A stretch of DNA of 64,000 nucleotides, taken from contig NMRA01000190.1 of assembly GCA_002633005.1 (NCBI GenBank), forward strand, positions 62,001-126,000, written 5' to 3'. This stretch comes from Phoronis australis (taxonomy: Eukaryota > Animalia > Phoronida). Below are positions 53,601-62,514 of the stretch, one piece after another. The stretch's first letter is position 1. The number at the start of each line of letters is the position of its first letter. The position numbers and the translations under genes are program-made. Under the pieces are notes generated by a model, which was not told the origin of the DNA, did not search any database, and saw nothing but the letters and a program-made list of their open reading frames with translations.

Positions 53601-56600
53601 AGTCTTACCTCCAAGTCAATCATGTTAAGAGGGCTCAGTGTGTTATCACACACAACCAGCAATCTCCTCAATGCATTGGCTGCTTTCAGCTGCACAATAG
53701 GCTTCTTCTGCAATGTACATAATGTGCACAGCTTCATAACAAGTGGTCACATCTCAAATCCGGCTCTCCTCTTTGCAGAGGTTGAAAAACGCGTTGTATG
53801 GTTGACCTAGGTTTCAGAAGGTTAGGCTGCTATACACACTCTTGTGCTGAGACAGACAAGAAAAGAACAACATATCATGCCCCACCAAGCAATCACTTTT
53901 ATACAGCAGCAATGCAACTCCAAGACGAGTGTAAAACTTTTAGAATAATGGATAAAAGGTTTTGTTTTCTGGGCTAATTCTCTATATCATTATTGTATTG
54001 TTTTGTACTTGTTTTGCGATAAAAACAGAATAGTAGAAGTCGTTTCGCTATAATATAGCAATGTAGCAGTGAGTGAACAACAGTGGGATGAGGCCGCTAC
54101 GTGTGGGAAGCATTGTGGGTAAATATCACAGAATGAAAGTGGGTGCTGGGTATTTTGAGATGAAGCTATCGATACATTATAATCCAAACAGAGCACCGCA
54201 GGTCTAAGATACCTGTATGAGTTTTGGATTTTGCAAAACACCAAACACAAAATTTTCCAAGCCCAAGTTTCAGCCTAACCATAATTCTAAAAACAAACCA
54301 GAAACTTCAAATCTCTCAATTCAAACATTATTGTGTAGTTGCACAGCTTCAAGAGTATTTAACCCCGTCACTACCCAAACAGGTGACATCATTGACAAGC
54401 TCGCACATGTTGCCAGTGTATTGGCTACAAAATAGGTCAGGCCACTTTTAAATGAGTTTAATTCATAAATCATCAAGTGTTTTCCACTGTTTTATAATAG
54501 CAAACCATATGACATACCACTGCCAAGTACTTATGTGCTTCTTTCTTGCAGTTAAACGCTGTGCGTCCATTAGGCTGAATCTTCTCTTCCAAGGTGTAGT
54601 GGACAACAAAACTGAAAGCACACACCAGACTATTTGCACAGCAACTCTGTAGTAGTTTTACGGTGAACAAAAATTGACAATTTTTTGTTGAGATCAGCCT
54701 TGCTTTGTCAAACTTATGACAAAAATACGGAAGAGACAAATTTAAAATGACTGCACACTAAATCATCTCATTTCTATTAAAAATCTTTTGCTCCGAAATT
54801 TTGTGAAGATTTTTAATTGTTTTAAAGACTAACATTGGCATGGGATGAAAGTTGGCATTTTCCAATAACTAAATTCAGATAGAGCTTAAAACACAATTCA
54901 CTTACCAATCATTAGTGCCAACGTAGATGTTTTTACCACAACACTCAATGCATCTGATCTGAAACGAAAAGCCCAAAAATGTCAGCGTCAGCAGTTTTGA
55001 GGAATTGAAAGACTGGACAGTGGCTGTCCTAATGAGCTTGAGAGTTTGAAAGCTAAAATTCAACTGACACCTACGTCGTTTGTAACAGCCATTTAAGGTA
55101 ACCTGTAATTTTACCAGCAAGTTGGTATATTTAGCCATATATCTACAACACTGTAAAACTTAACTCCGAAAAAGCATATATTTTCCAAAAAAGTGCATGT
55201 ATATGGGATTTGATTTTTGCTTTTATTGCAATCAGCCATTATTCAGATACCGTGACTAAGGCTTTTTAGTGAAGTTAAGCAAAATGAAAAGTACAATCTC
55301 AATAAAACAACAGTATCAATGACTACTTCTTTTTTCATTAAGTTATCGGTTCATTTTCATTTTCGTTTTATGCACAACTATTGATTTTTTTCATAAAAAT
55401 ACTATAAGAAAAGTCTGTTGCCAACTTGAAAATAAATGCTCTAGACACTAACATGCTCCCTTTGCTTAAGTCATGCTTTGCTTGTGACAAAGTGACTTGG
55501 TGACAACTGCACTCAGAAATTCAAAGTGAAACCAGTCCTGACAACTTAATGTGAATTGCACACAACTTTGTGAACAGAGGCAAGAATGAAATCAACGTAA
55601 TACATGACGCTCTCTTTCATGGCTCTCAAACCTGATGCCATATTCAAATTATGCCTCAGATTAACAAAATAAGGACAACAACATACAGTGAATCTGACGG
55701 GAGACTTTCAGCAGGCCTCTACAGCATGTCAGAAAGATACATCAATACGGACGCCAAATGCTGGACCTCGTGAGAAACACGCTATGGCTCAAACTATTCA
55801 GCTAAAGGCCAGATGATCGACAGCCAAGTTTGTTCCGAGTACACCTAGTTATCTATTGTTAGCCCTAACAAACTAGCATCAGAACAAGGGAGATCGTCTT
55901 CCAGAGTATCCAGTGCACATACCACCAAAGTATATTGAATAGCCAGAGGGTACTGTCAAATCTTACACCCTGGAACAACTACTACCAGTAGTAAAGTCAC
56001 ATGGACAGTTTTGTACCAGCGTATATAGTATCCTCCTTATCACTGTAATTCATGCCATACCAAGCAAGTATTGCATTGAGGGCTTTTTTCTAAGCGAACG
56101 GCACTGTTACAAGTCTGTGAAGGCAGTTCATTTTATTGCTGGTTCATAATTGACGAAAAGATAATGCAGTTCGAGAATCGAATCATGAACCTCTTCAACA
56201 ACAGGTAGTAGAGCTCTCAGCCATTCTACTAAAGGCCAGTTGGTTGATACCGGAATTTGTTCAGTCTGTAGTCATGTATTGTTGGCCCTGGCATCAGTAC
56301 AAGGGGAGGGTGGGTCATCTCACAGTGTTTAGCCTACCTCACACACCAATCGATTAAGTTGCCAAATTCTGACGCTTGAGACCTGTGTTTGAGTCCCGAA
56401 TGGACCAACATCGTTTTTCACAACCTAGAACCCAACAAAGCAACGGATTTGTGACAGCACAGACAGGACCATGTGGCTTTCAGCTGCTTTAGGGACCAAT
56501 GGATACCCCTAAACAATCAAGGACAGTCACATCCATCTATTACCTAGGCCTACTAGCCTACATGCAATCTTTGGCAGACTGGTTCATATGTCAGACTATG

Positions 56601-57451
56601 AAGCCATGCTAGACAGCCAGCTTCAAGTCCCAGCTGTATTACAAAGGCAGACAAAAGTGAATACATGTCATATCCCATGTTGCGTACAGTGAAAAATGGT
56701 CAGTAGCTGATTTGGGCAACTGAAAGAAAAACTGCTCGAAAACTAAGTTTGATTACGTGGGCATTTGTTCGAGTTGGACGTGTGGCCCTCTTTGTGCAAA
56801 AGGTACTTATAGAAATGCAATTTTCAGATGGTTTAATCAATGTGAGGCATAATTCACCAAAAAAAGTTCCAGCGTATGAAGGGCAGCACTGGTTGAGATC
56901 GTGGCACTGTCTAAACCAAGGACAGGGTTGGCCAACCAAGATGAAAGGTGATATTTCACAAGATATATTTCTAAGGATATGAACAGTTGTAATTGTCAAG
57001 ATCCTTGACCTTCTTGTAGCATCTTGTGATTTGTCAGTTTTATGGTTCCCCGGAAGTTTGTTTTATTTATACTGCTAGCGGGAGGCTGCTGGTAGTCTTT
57101 GAGCTTGCAATCTGGTCATAAGCCTAGGGATGTGCACCTAGATTGGGGTTTTATTCAAGGCAAGCTCAGGTAGCTGTTTTAACTGGTGGTGAATACTTGT
57201 CTAGCCAATGAACCTGTAGGAATACAGCGGGACCTTTGTTAGATTTTAATCCATTCAACATACCTGCATACAGCTTTGTTCCAGGCCTGGCTAGTGTCGA
57301 CTGTGACTGTACAGTGCCAGGGCAGTGGCTGAGTGAGTGCACTGGCGAAGAAATTCTGTAAAACAGTGAAACTTACCTCAGTTTTGGCCTTTTCTCCAAG
57401 AAGTTTTACTCGCTCAATGGCAGGTATCAGTTCGAAAGCTTTGACGCTCAT
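35545..57451 (-). CDS. TGFBRAP1: TGF-beta receptor-associated protein 1 / VPS3 (CORVET subunit; CNH beta-propeller, CHCR/Vps39 repeats, C-terminal Zn-finger-like region), 21 coding exons, 864 aa
   Basis: 21 GT-AG exons joined with consistent phases total 2595 nt (864 aa + stop). The translation (MSVKAFELIPAIER...CIECCGKNIYVGTND...EEFLLSGPSALGMFVT...KEKYHTHLAVLYL...LCAVCKRSFSDSTFVRYPNG) is colinear with recalled human TGFBRAP1 (about 860 aa). Confidence 0.96.
37242..37432 (-). CDS. TGFBRAP1: TGFBRAP1 exon 20 (VLQLIPENWSVTLLSAFL...VVSED)
   Basis: TTTCAG acceptor, GTAAGT donor, 191 nt, phase 0-2. Confidence 0.94.
38681..38753 (-). CDS. TGFBRAP1: TGFBRAP1 exon 19 (RRDQLVDPAVSLLNSNKSDFDTVK)
   Basis: TTTCAG acceptor, GTGAGT donor, 73 nt, phase 2-0. 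Confidence 0.91.
39516..39676 (-). CDS. TGFBRAP1: TGFBRAP1 exon 18 (LEEHDKAIRMLVYKLKNYPAAEEYC...YLDPNY)
   Basis: CTTTAG acceptor, GTAAGT donor, 161 nt, phase 0-2. Confidence 0.94.
40552..40663 (-). CDS. TGFBRAP1: TGFBRAP1 exon 17 (SKLQSMLQSSNLYRVQLIL...CAILHGK)
   Basis: CCGCAG acceptor, GTAGGA donor, 112 nt, phase 2-0. Confidence 0.93.
41138..41238 (-). CDS. TGFBRAP1: TGFBRAP1 exon 16 (KEKYHTHLAVLYLDQVLKL...)
   Basis: AACAG acceptor, GTAAGG donor, 101 nt, phase 0-2. Confidence 0.93.
41793..41927 (-). CDS. TGFBRAP1: TGFBRAP1 exon 15 (IFTCRPAEE...LEYLVLEKKLE)
   Basis: TTGCAG acceptor, GTTTGT donor, 135 nt. Confidence 0.92.
42607..42679 (-). CDS. TGFBRAP1: TGFBRAP1 exon 14 (LNDHSLVWKYADWALQKDEELAVK)
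   Basis: CCTCAG acceptor, GTAAGG donor, 73 nt, phase 2-0. Confidence 0.93.
43634..43702 (-). CDS. TGFBRAP1: TGFBRAP1 exon 13 (IVDGQVEDSLFPGLDLVVDILS)
   Basis: TTTACAG acceptor, GTGAGT donor, 69 nt, phase 2-2. Confidence 0.9.
44126..45320 (+). mobile_element. Helitron/Helentron-associated (HINE/pearl-like) non-autonomous element with an internal tandem array
   Basis: Starts AACAAGAG; two diverged units of about 440 bp (44365-44810 vs 44811-45230); 3' hairpin CTGTCCC...GGGACAG at about 45274-45304 followed by an A-rich tail. Confidence 0.6.
45433..45629 (-). CDS. TGFBRAP1: TGFBRAP1 exon 12 (EIDTALLKLYAE...ALQVWQ)
   Basis: CTATAG acceptor, GTAAGA donor, 197 nt, phase 0-2. Confidence 0.93.
46105..46296 (-). 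CDS. TGFBRAP1: TGFBRAP1 exon 11 (LINVYPHLLPTVSNFTRS...DHRV)
   Basis: TTTCAG acceptor, GTAAGG donor, 192 nt. Confidence 0.93.
47066..47170 (-). CDS. TGFBRAP1: TGFBRAP1 exon 10 (AFQRIQQQAGFIEFSQ...VDVRE)
   Basis: CTCTCAG acceptor, GTACAA donor, 105 nt. Confidence 0.93.
48090..48318 (-). CDS. TGFBRAP1: TGFBRAP1 exon 9 (ILDQQQKQALPFQGG...KEKSQQ)
   Basis: TTCTAG acceptor, GTCAGC donor, 229 nt, phase 2-0. Confidence 0.94.
48559..48741. mobile_element. Small degenerate MITE with internal AACTTAAG repeats
   Basis: Imperfect TIR GGGCCCATTCCAAGAAACTGACT / AGTCAATTTTCTTGCAACAAGACCC. Confidence 0.55.
49655..49815 (-). CDS. TGFBRAP1: TGFBRAP1 exon 8 (EEFLLSGPSALGMFVT...DEFITVH)
   Basis: TTCAG acceptor, GTACAG donor, 161 nt, phase 0-2. 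Confidence 0.94.
50453..50587 (-). CDS. TGFBRAP1: TGFBRAP1 exon 7 (AFDGKFICVAM...LVKRINK)
   Basis: TTGCAG acceptor, GTACAT donor, 135 nt. Confidence 0.92.
51119..51223 (-). CDS. TGFBRAP1: TGFBRAP1 exon 6 (ICVGLKKKALQVFTVTEDRMILIKELSTPETPLTM)
   Basis: TAG acceptor, GTAAGC donor, 105 nt. Confidence 0.92.
51546..52352. mobile_element. PIF/Harbinger (Tourist)-like MITE, 807 bp
   Basis: TIRs GGGCTGTTCCAGCAAAATCTGTATGGGAGGGGGG / CCCCCCTCCCACACGGATTTTACTGGAACAGCCC, with TTA on both flanks (3-bp TSD). Confidence 0.88.
52502..52588 (-). CDS. TGFBRAP1: TGFBRAP1 exon 5 (PAAGNIKVKGVVSFCLNENPTSNNPFSIE)
   Basis: TTACAG acceptor, GTGGGT donor, 87 nt. Confidence 0.92.
53170..53650 (-). repeat. 60-bp tandem array of the TGFBRAP1 exon-4 3' end plus splice donor; 4 near-identical and about 4 decayed units
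   Basis: Lines 53401, 53461, 53521 and 53581 are almost identical; degenerate copies continue to about 53170. Confidence 0.95.
53609..53707 (-). CDS. TGFBRAP1: TGFBRAP1 exon 4 (KKPIVQLKAANALRRLLVVCDNTLSPLNMIDLE)
   Basis: TGCAG acceptor, GTAAGA donor, 99 nt, phase 0-0; the 3' end is repeated in tandem (see findings). Confidence 0.9.
54518..54611 (-). CDS. TGFBRAP1: TGFBRAP1 exon 3 (FVVHYTLEEK...HKYLAV)
   Basis: TTTCAG acceptor, GTATGT donor, 94 nt, phase 2-0. Confidence 0.9.
54906..54958 (-). CDS. TGFBRAP1: TGFBRAP1 exon 2 (IRCIECCGKNIYVGTND)
   Basis: TTTCAG acceptor, GTAAG donor, 53 nt, phase 0-2. Confidence 0.93.
55760..56330 (-). repeat. Two diverged copies of a repeat, the second with tRNA-like A/B boxes (possible SINE remnant)
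   Basis: CTAAAGGCCAG...TATTGTTRGCCCT...GCATCAGWACAAGGG at about 55802 and 56229; minus-strand TAGTAGAATGG and TTCGATTCTC near 56175-56232. Confidence 0.35.
57377..57451 (-). CDS. TGFBRAP1: TGFBRAP1 coding exon 1 (MSVKAFELIPAIERVKLLGEKAKTE)
   Basis: ATG at 57451, 75 nt, donor GTAAGT, phase 0. Confidence 0.92.
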
Positions 57452-57886
57452 TATTCTCTCAACGTACACTATAAATTTTGTTATGTGCTTAACATTTTCA
57501 TAGAAAATCCAAGAAATCATTGACGGAGGAGTTCCCGGTGATCGCCATCTTGACCTATTTTTAAAACAACACTGCTCAGGGGAGATTATAAACATAATGG
57601 ATAGTCTGAACTGGAGTGCGTTTCTCGCATTTTTCGCCTTCAGTTGTAGCCTTCGGCGTCTTTGGGTTTTATACCCACCAGGGATGCCTGCAGAATGAGC
57701 AAATGGAACATTATTGTTGTCTCGGTAAAAGGAGTGTATGCATCTATTGAGTTGGAGTTGAATTTTCAACACGATTTCTTTTGGGGGAAAATTGTTTGTA
57801 AAATTATGAGTTTGGAAGGTGCATGCGTTCGGCATAGTGTTGGTCCGTTTTGTGTTGCTCCCTCTATTTTTTAGCTCAATGAACTT

Positions 57887-58070
57887 TGGCGGATTTAGAG
57901 GGGGGCCATGCCCCCCCCCCCTAAAATTTTCCCAGTTTACATTTTTCAGACTCTGGGGGTTGCGAATGTCTGACGGCCGGGCAAAATCCTCAGTGGCTAA
58001 TACTCTGCCATGCCCCCCNNNNNNNNNNNNTCCCCCCCCCCCCCAACTCAGAATCCTGGATCCGCCCCTG
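57887..58070. mobile_element. MITE family B copy upstream of TGFBRAP1 (contains a 12-N gap in poly-C)
   Basis: TGGCGGATTTAGAGGGGGGCC...CCTGGATCCGCCCCTG. Confidence 0.75.
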
Positions 58071-59845
58071 AACTTAATTCCACATACTTTCTTGCGACCG
58101 GTTATATAGTATTAACGGTATTCAAAACTTTGCAACTCAGTTTTGGAACATTAAAAAATCACTGTATTTTTTCGAAAAGTGCTGTAACTATCATTTTGTC
58201 GTTTTCCCGTTGCCCCCAACTTGTTCGATTCTATAGCCCCACAACAAGTTGGGAAGGTTACCCCTGTAGCCAATATATTACACGACTGATTAATTCCATT
58301 CTCTTTTGTTCGATTGCTCTAATCTTCAACACTGAGATCCATGGGCTCGTGCTGTTAAAAATAAAAGTTAAGTTATATTTGAACATAAAACAATAGCATT
58401 TCTGAAATCCTCGTCAAATGGTGACCATGTTTAGGTTTTGAATCGCCAAAATCGCCCAACTACACCCGAAGTTACGATAATCTATTCTTTCCCAATGTAC
58501 CATTCCGTCAAACTTAGAGTGCGGCACTCTGGGTTTGACGGTGTTCACACGTGGTCAGTAATAAGCCTGTTGTCATAACAGACGAAAGACTATGCTTGGC
58601 AGTTAACAAAGAAGCTAGATGTTATCACACAGGCTCAGATCCCCCTTCCTCTGGTAAAGTCACTGGTATCGATTGTTGAGATATATCTGATTCACACATG
58701 CCAAATATACGGATACAAAGTGTTGTCTTCAGTCGTTTTCGTTTTTCAACAACTTCATTCCCCCTGTATATCTGCAATTCTACTGAAATTTAACGGTGAA
58801 TATTTAGCGCGGAAACCGTCAATAACCGAATTAAATAAAAATATGCTGGCATTGGATTACGCTTGTAGGCTTTGATGATTGACCATGGGTGTATTGACCG
58901 GTTGCAGTGGCGGATTTAAGGGGGGCCAAGGAAGCCATGGCCTCCCTACATTTCTCACAAATTCCATTTGGTTGTACGGGGATACGAATGCCAGGAAAAA
59001 CCGGCCCCGGAACGAATAAGCCGTAATCACCGTAGGCGCTACGACTTGAACATAGTGTCAACTTGAACGTTGCTGGACGATATCGTCGCTCCCCTAAATT
59101 AATATATTCGCACTATTAAACCCAGGCCTCACCACGGCTGCACTGAGGACTTGCGGCCAAATATCCTTAGATCGATACTGTCATACACCCCGGCTCAGAT
59201 CAATATCCCCATCAGTAAAGCAACAATTCTATCTCAGTAGCTGTGTGTCAGCGATGCCACAGGGGCCGAGAATCTCAGTGTCCGGTGCCCGGCTGGGAAC
59301 TTGAGCGACCGTGGCGGATCACTGTTACATGGACGCAAAGGTCCGCCTCAGTGAAACAAAAAGTCCGAGTAGGCCTACTGAAACGAGACAAAATTCTACA
59401 AAATCCTCGAGTCGGCGCGCATGCACAATTCGTGGGCCTGAACCTAGTGGCCCTGTTTTTTCTTTTCTTTTGTTTTTTTAGTCCTCTTTGATTTCTTTCA
59501 GTAAAAGGTCCTCATATCGAAAAATTCGAGCCCCCCCCCATATTTTCGGCTGGGTGCGCGCATGTGTTATTCACGCCAAAGGGTTATCTGACGCGGGCCG
59601 TCTTCGATTGCGGTTTGTCATAAATCGGGTCGCAGTCATGACATGCAAATTTTACTACCGGTACTAAACGACGTCTAATGATTACGCCTGAAAAGCAAGA
59701 CAATTTTGCTACGCGTAATCCGTCCTGGCGGCCTCAGCCCGCGCTGTCAACCCGGCGGCAGATTCGACACTGAAGTGCTGTAAAACCAGTAAAAGTACAC
59801 TCAAAACTTAGGTGAAGATTCACCGTTCTTGCAGAGCACTAATAA

Positions 59846-60364
59846 GGTTGCGTTCACAGGAGCGGCAGTCATGCCTGGGCCCCACGGCCACCGGTCCCGG
59901 CCACACCTTGCCAGTGACGATGATGCTTTAGCCCGTTGCCGGGGCAGCCCTGCCACTGACTGCCGGGCGCGGCACTAAATTAACGGACCTCGGCTACCCG
60001 ACTCTATACCTGTGCAGGTTTCTGGAGTCCATGTTTATGTATATTCGAAAATCTACACAAACTTGTTAATTTATTGGAGAATGTTTGGCTTTGATAGGCT
60101 TATCTTGGAGATCTGGCGCCGCGTGAACCAGCGGGCGCCGGACCGGACTGCCAGATATACCGTGGGCCACGCCTGAGCTCCGGCCCTGGCTTTCGTTCGG
60201 ATGCCCGGCCGTAGCCTACTCGGAAATTCGGTAAGTGTACCATTCACTAACCATCAGAAGTCTATTATAGATGCTTTTTCAACCTGAAATAACCGTATAA
60301 GAGTATTTCTAAGGTCTTGCGTGAGAGACCTGCTCAGTACTAGCGGGCCCGTCTGAACGCATGC
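59846..60364. mobile_element. GC/CpG-rich Harbinger-like MITE in the divergent promoter interval
   Basis: TAA|GGTTGCGTTCACAGGAGC ... GCCCGTCTGAACGCATGC imperfect TIR. Confidence 0.5.
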
Positions 60365-61043
60365 AGACGGTCAATTGTGACCTACCACCAACCACTAGGA
60401 TCGCTGTTGCCCTAAAAATCGCTAATCATGATGCCAATGTAAAAATCAGGAGTGAAACTTTTCTGCATGAAGTTGGAACTATTTTATTGGATTTGCATGT
60501 AAACTTCTTAAATTTGCCAGGATTCCTTTGAGAAATCAATTTAAATGGAATAAAGCTTTTAATTTGGGTATTAGTTCTAATACAAGTGTTGAGGTGTTTC
60601 GTTATTCAGCCAAAATTGTTATTTTTAAGCGCTCGCAATTGCAGTAACGCGCTCGGCAATAACAACGTATTTGATTGGTTCATTTTTTCGGGCTCCTGCA
60701 ATTGATAGCGAGGACCTGGTGAGACAATAAATATTCAATATACCTAAAGAAAAAAATGTCTACACAAATGTATTGAATAAATTTTCCACTTTATTTCTCT
60801 TTGTGGGAGGTATTTTGTGTTATATCTCTGCCTTTTTCATCCAACTTTCTTAACTGGTGGAATGCACTGTAGTTTGAAACATTAAAACTCTGTTCGATTT
60901 TCAGTGCCGAGTGCATAGGGCGTTGATGTTCGTTTCTAAATTTAGAACGCTCTATAGCGAATGAGCTAAGGCTTTGTCGGTCAGTTGCCTCACTGAGAAG
61001 GTGTGTGGGACATTGGCGTTTGTAAATACAGACTGGAACAGAA

Positions 61044-61074
61044 ATGACAGAATACAAACTTGTAGTCGTTGGTG
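61044..61074 (+). CDS. RAS: Ras GTPase (K/H/N-Ras, Ras85D type), first coding exon MTEYKLVVVG; the rest of the gene lies beyond the window
   Basis: ATG ACA GAA TAC AAA CTT GTA GTC GTT GGT G|GTAAGT: exact canonical Ras N-terminus followed by a consensus donor; A at -3 of the ATG. Confidence 0.9.
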
Positions 61075-61499
61075 GTAAGTACACTATTTGACTACTGTTT
61101 TTTTTTTCTTGTTTAAAGTTTGCAAAGTATTGGTGGCCTCAATAGAAAGCTTGATTCTTTCACCGCATACCGTTTTGACGTTGACAGAGGTTTAAGTGCT
61201 TAGTGATGTCTTGTTGTTTGGTAACTTAAATTTTGTTGCCCAGAATCAACCATGAGCAGATGAAGGTTAGCAGTGTGTATTACTGACTTTAAAGCTTTCT
61301 AATTAATAATAATGGAACAGTCAGTTTGCACTGACCCAATTCGAGTTCATCAGTTCGCATGTCAGGTATTTTGAATTTTTATGTGATGTACCTGGACATT
61401 ATTGGCAGTCAAAGATTGTTAATGTGGTTTGAAGTCAGAAACAATGACATCATGTTTGCTGTATTTCATAAAATATCACATGTTGGCACATCTTAATCT

Positions 61500-61929
61500 A
61501 GACAGTAGCACTGTCTCAACTGGCCCAGTGGACGGTGGTCATCCCATAAGAGCCTCCGTACGCTGGAAGCTTTTTGGTGAACTATGCCTCACACTGTTTA
61601 AACCATCAAAGTCATGTTTCTGTAAGTACCTTTTTCGCATAGTGACACCTTAGGAGCCTGTCAAGGTATTTAACTCGTCCTAGCTCCAACAAATAGCAGC
61701 GCGAGGTGTACAAAAATGACTAGTTGCCGATTTAGAAACTGAACGAAAGATTGATTGTGGGAGTATTGGTTCGAGCTGGAAAGAGTTAAAGACATCAACA
61801 GCCTCCAAAAATGTCCCTTTATGTGCAAAAAGGTACTTACTAGAAAAGTCTACGTAGAGTTTGCGCCGCACGGAGGACCTATGGCTGACCACCATCTCTA
61901 CTGGGACTAGTTGACGGTGGTACTGCCTA
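61500..61929. mobile_element. MITE family C in Ras intron 1 with long imperfect TIRs of about 65 bp
   Basis: AGACAGTAGCACTGTCTCAACTGGCCCAGTGGACGGTGGTCA matches the reverse complement of the 61865-61929 end; TA flanks; partial inverted relative at about 56780-56915. Confidence 0.75.
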
Positions 61930-62514
61930 ATCCTAATCCAACCTGTATGCACAAGATTTTCTCCAAAGTAAGCTTAAAGAGGCTGATAGAACCGACAAGC
62001 GTGCAAACCATTCAGGCAATGGTCCATTAGCCATTGGCTAAGAGTGCCCTGTTGCATGAAACCGTCCCAAATAGGGGCTTAACTATGTTCCCTAAATCTA
62101 CTGCGTATTTTTGGACTTGTGAAAACATTGATTACCCTTTCTTGTATTGTTTTAGTTTCGTAACTAAGTCAACTTTTGACAAATTGAGGGTGAACTCTAT
62201 GCTGAATTGTCATATTATTGAAAATAGGTCTGGTATCTTTTCATGCAACACAGCCAATTTTCAATGAACTCTGGGCTCTGCTTTGTTATATTATTAGAAA
62301 ATGTCTATCCAATGAGGAGCTCATAATAAAGATGAAATGATAGAAAAACTTTACATCTGTGAATCCATAAAGACACAAATATGTAAAAAGACTTAGGGAC
62401 TTTAGTTGAGTCCCTATTTGGGACCGTTTGATGCAACCGGCCACTGAGGCCCACGTGATTCACCAGAAGCACATCTACAACATTCCCCCTTTTCCTACAG
62501 AACGTACATGCCTC

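Larger units (their letters stand above)
57452..61043. promoter_or_regulatory. Divergent (head-to-head) promoter interval between TGFBRAP1 and Ras
   Basis: Start codons face away from each other 3.6 kb apart; CpG/GC enrichment at about 59100-60400; YY1-like CAAGATGGCG (minus strand) near 57543-57552; ATTGG near 60674. Confidence 0.6.

Noticed and set aside
53357-53650. 60-bp direct-repeat array as a CRISPR-like array
   Set aside because: Units are contiguous with no unique spacers, there are no cas genes, and the context is a eukaryotic exon-intron boundary.
57239-57835. 198-aa ORF as an independent gene
   Set aside because: Only the 25 codons from 57451 match TGFBRAP1; the rest is leader and intron read-through.
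61044-61074. Assignment to Rap1 or another Ras-family paralogue
   Set aside because: Rap1 begins MREYKLVVLG; the sequence reads MTEYKLVVVG, which is specific to canonical Ras.
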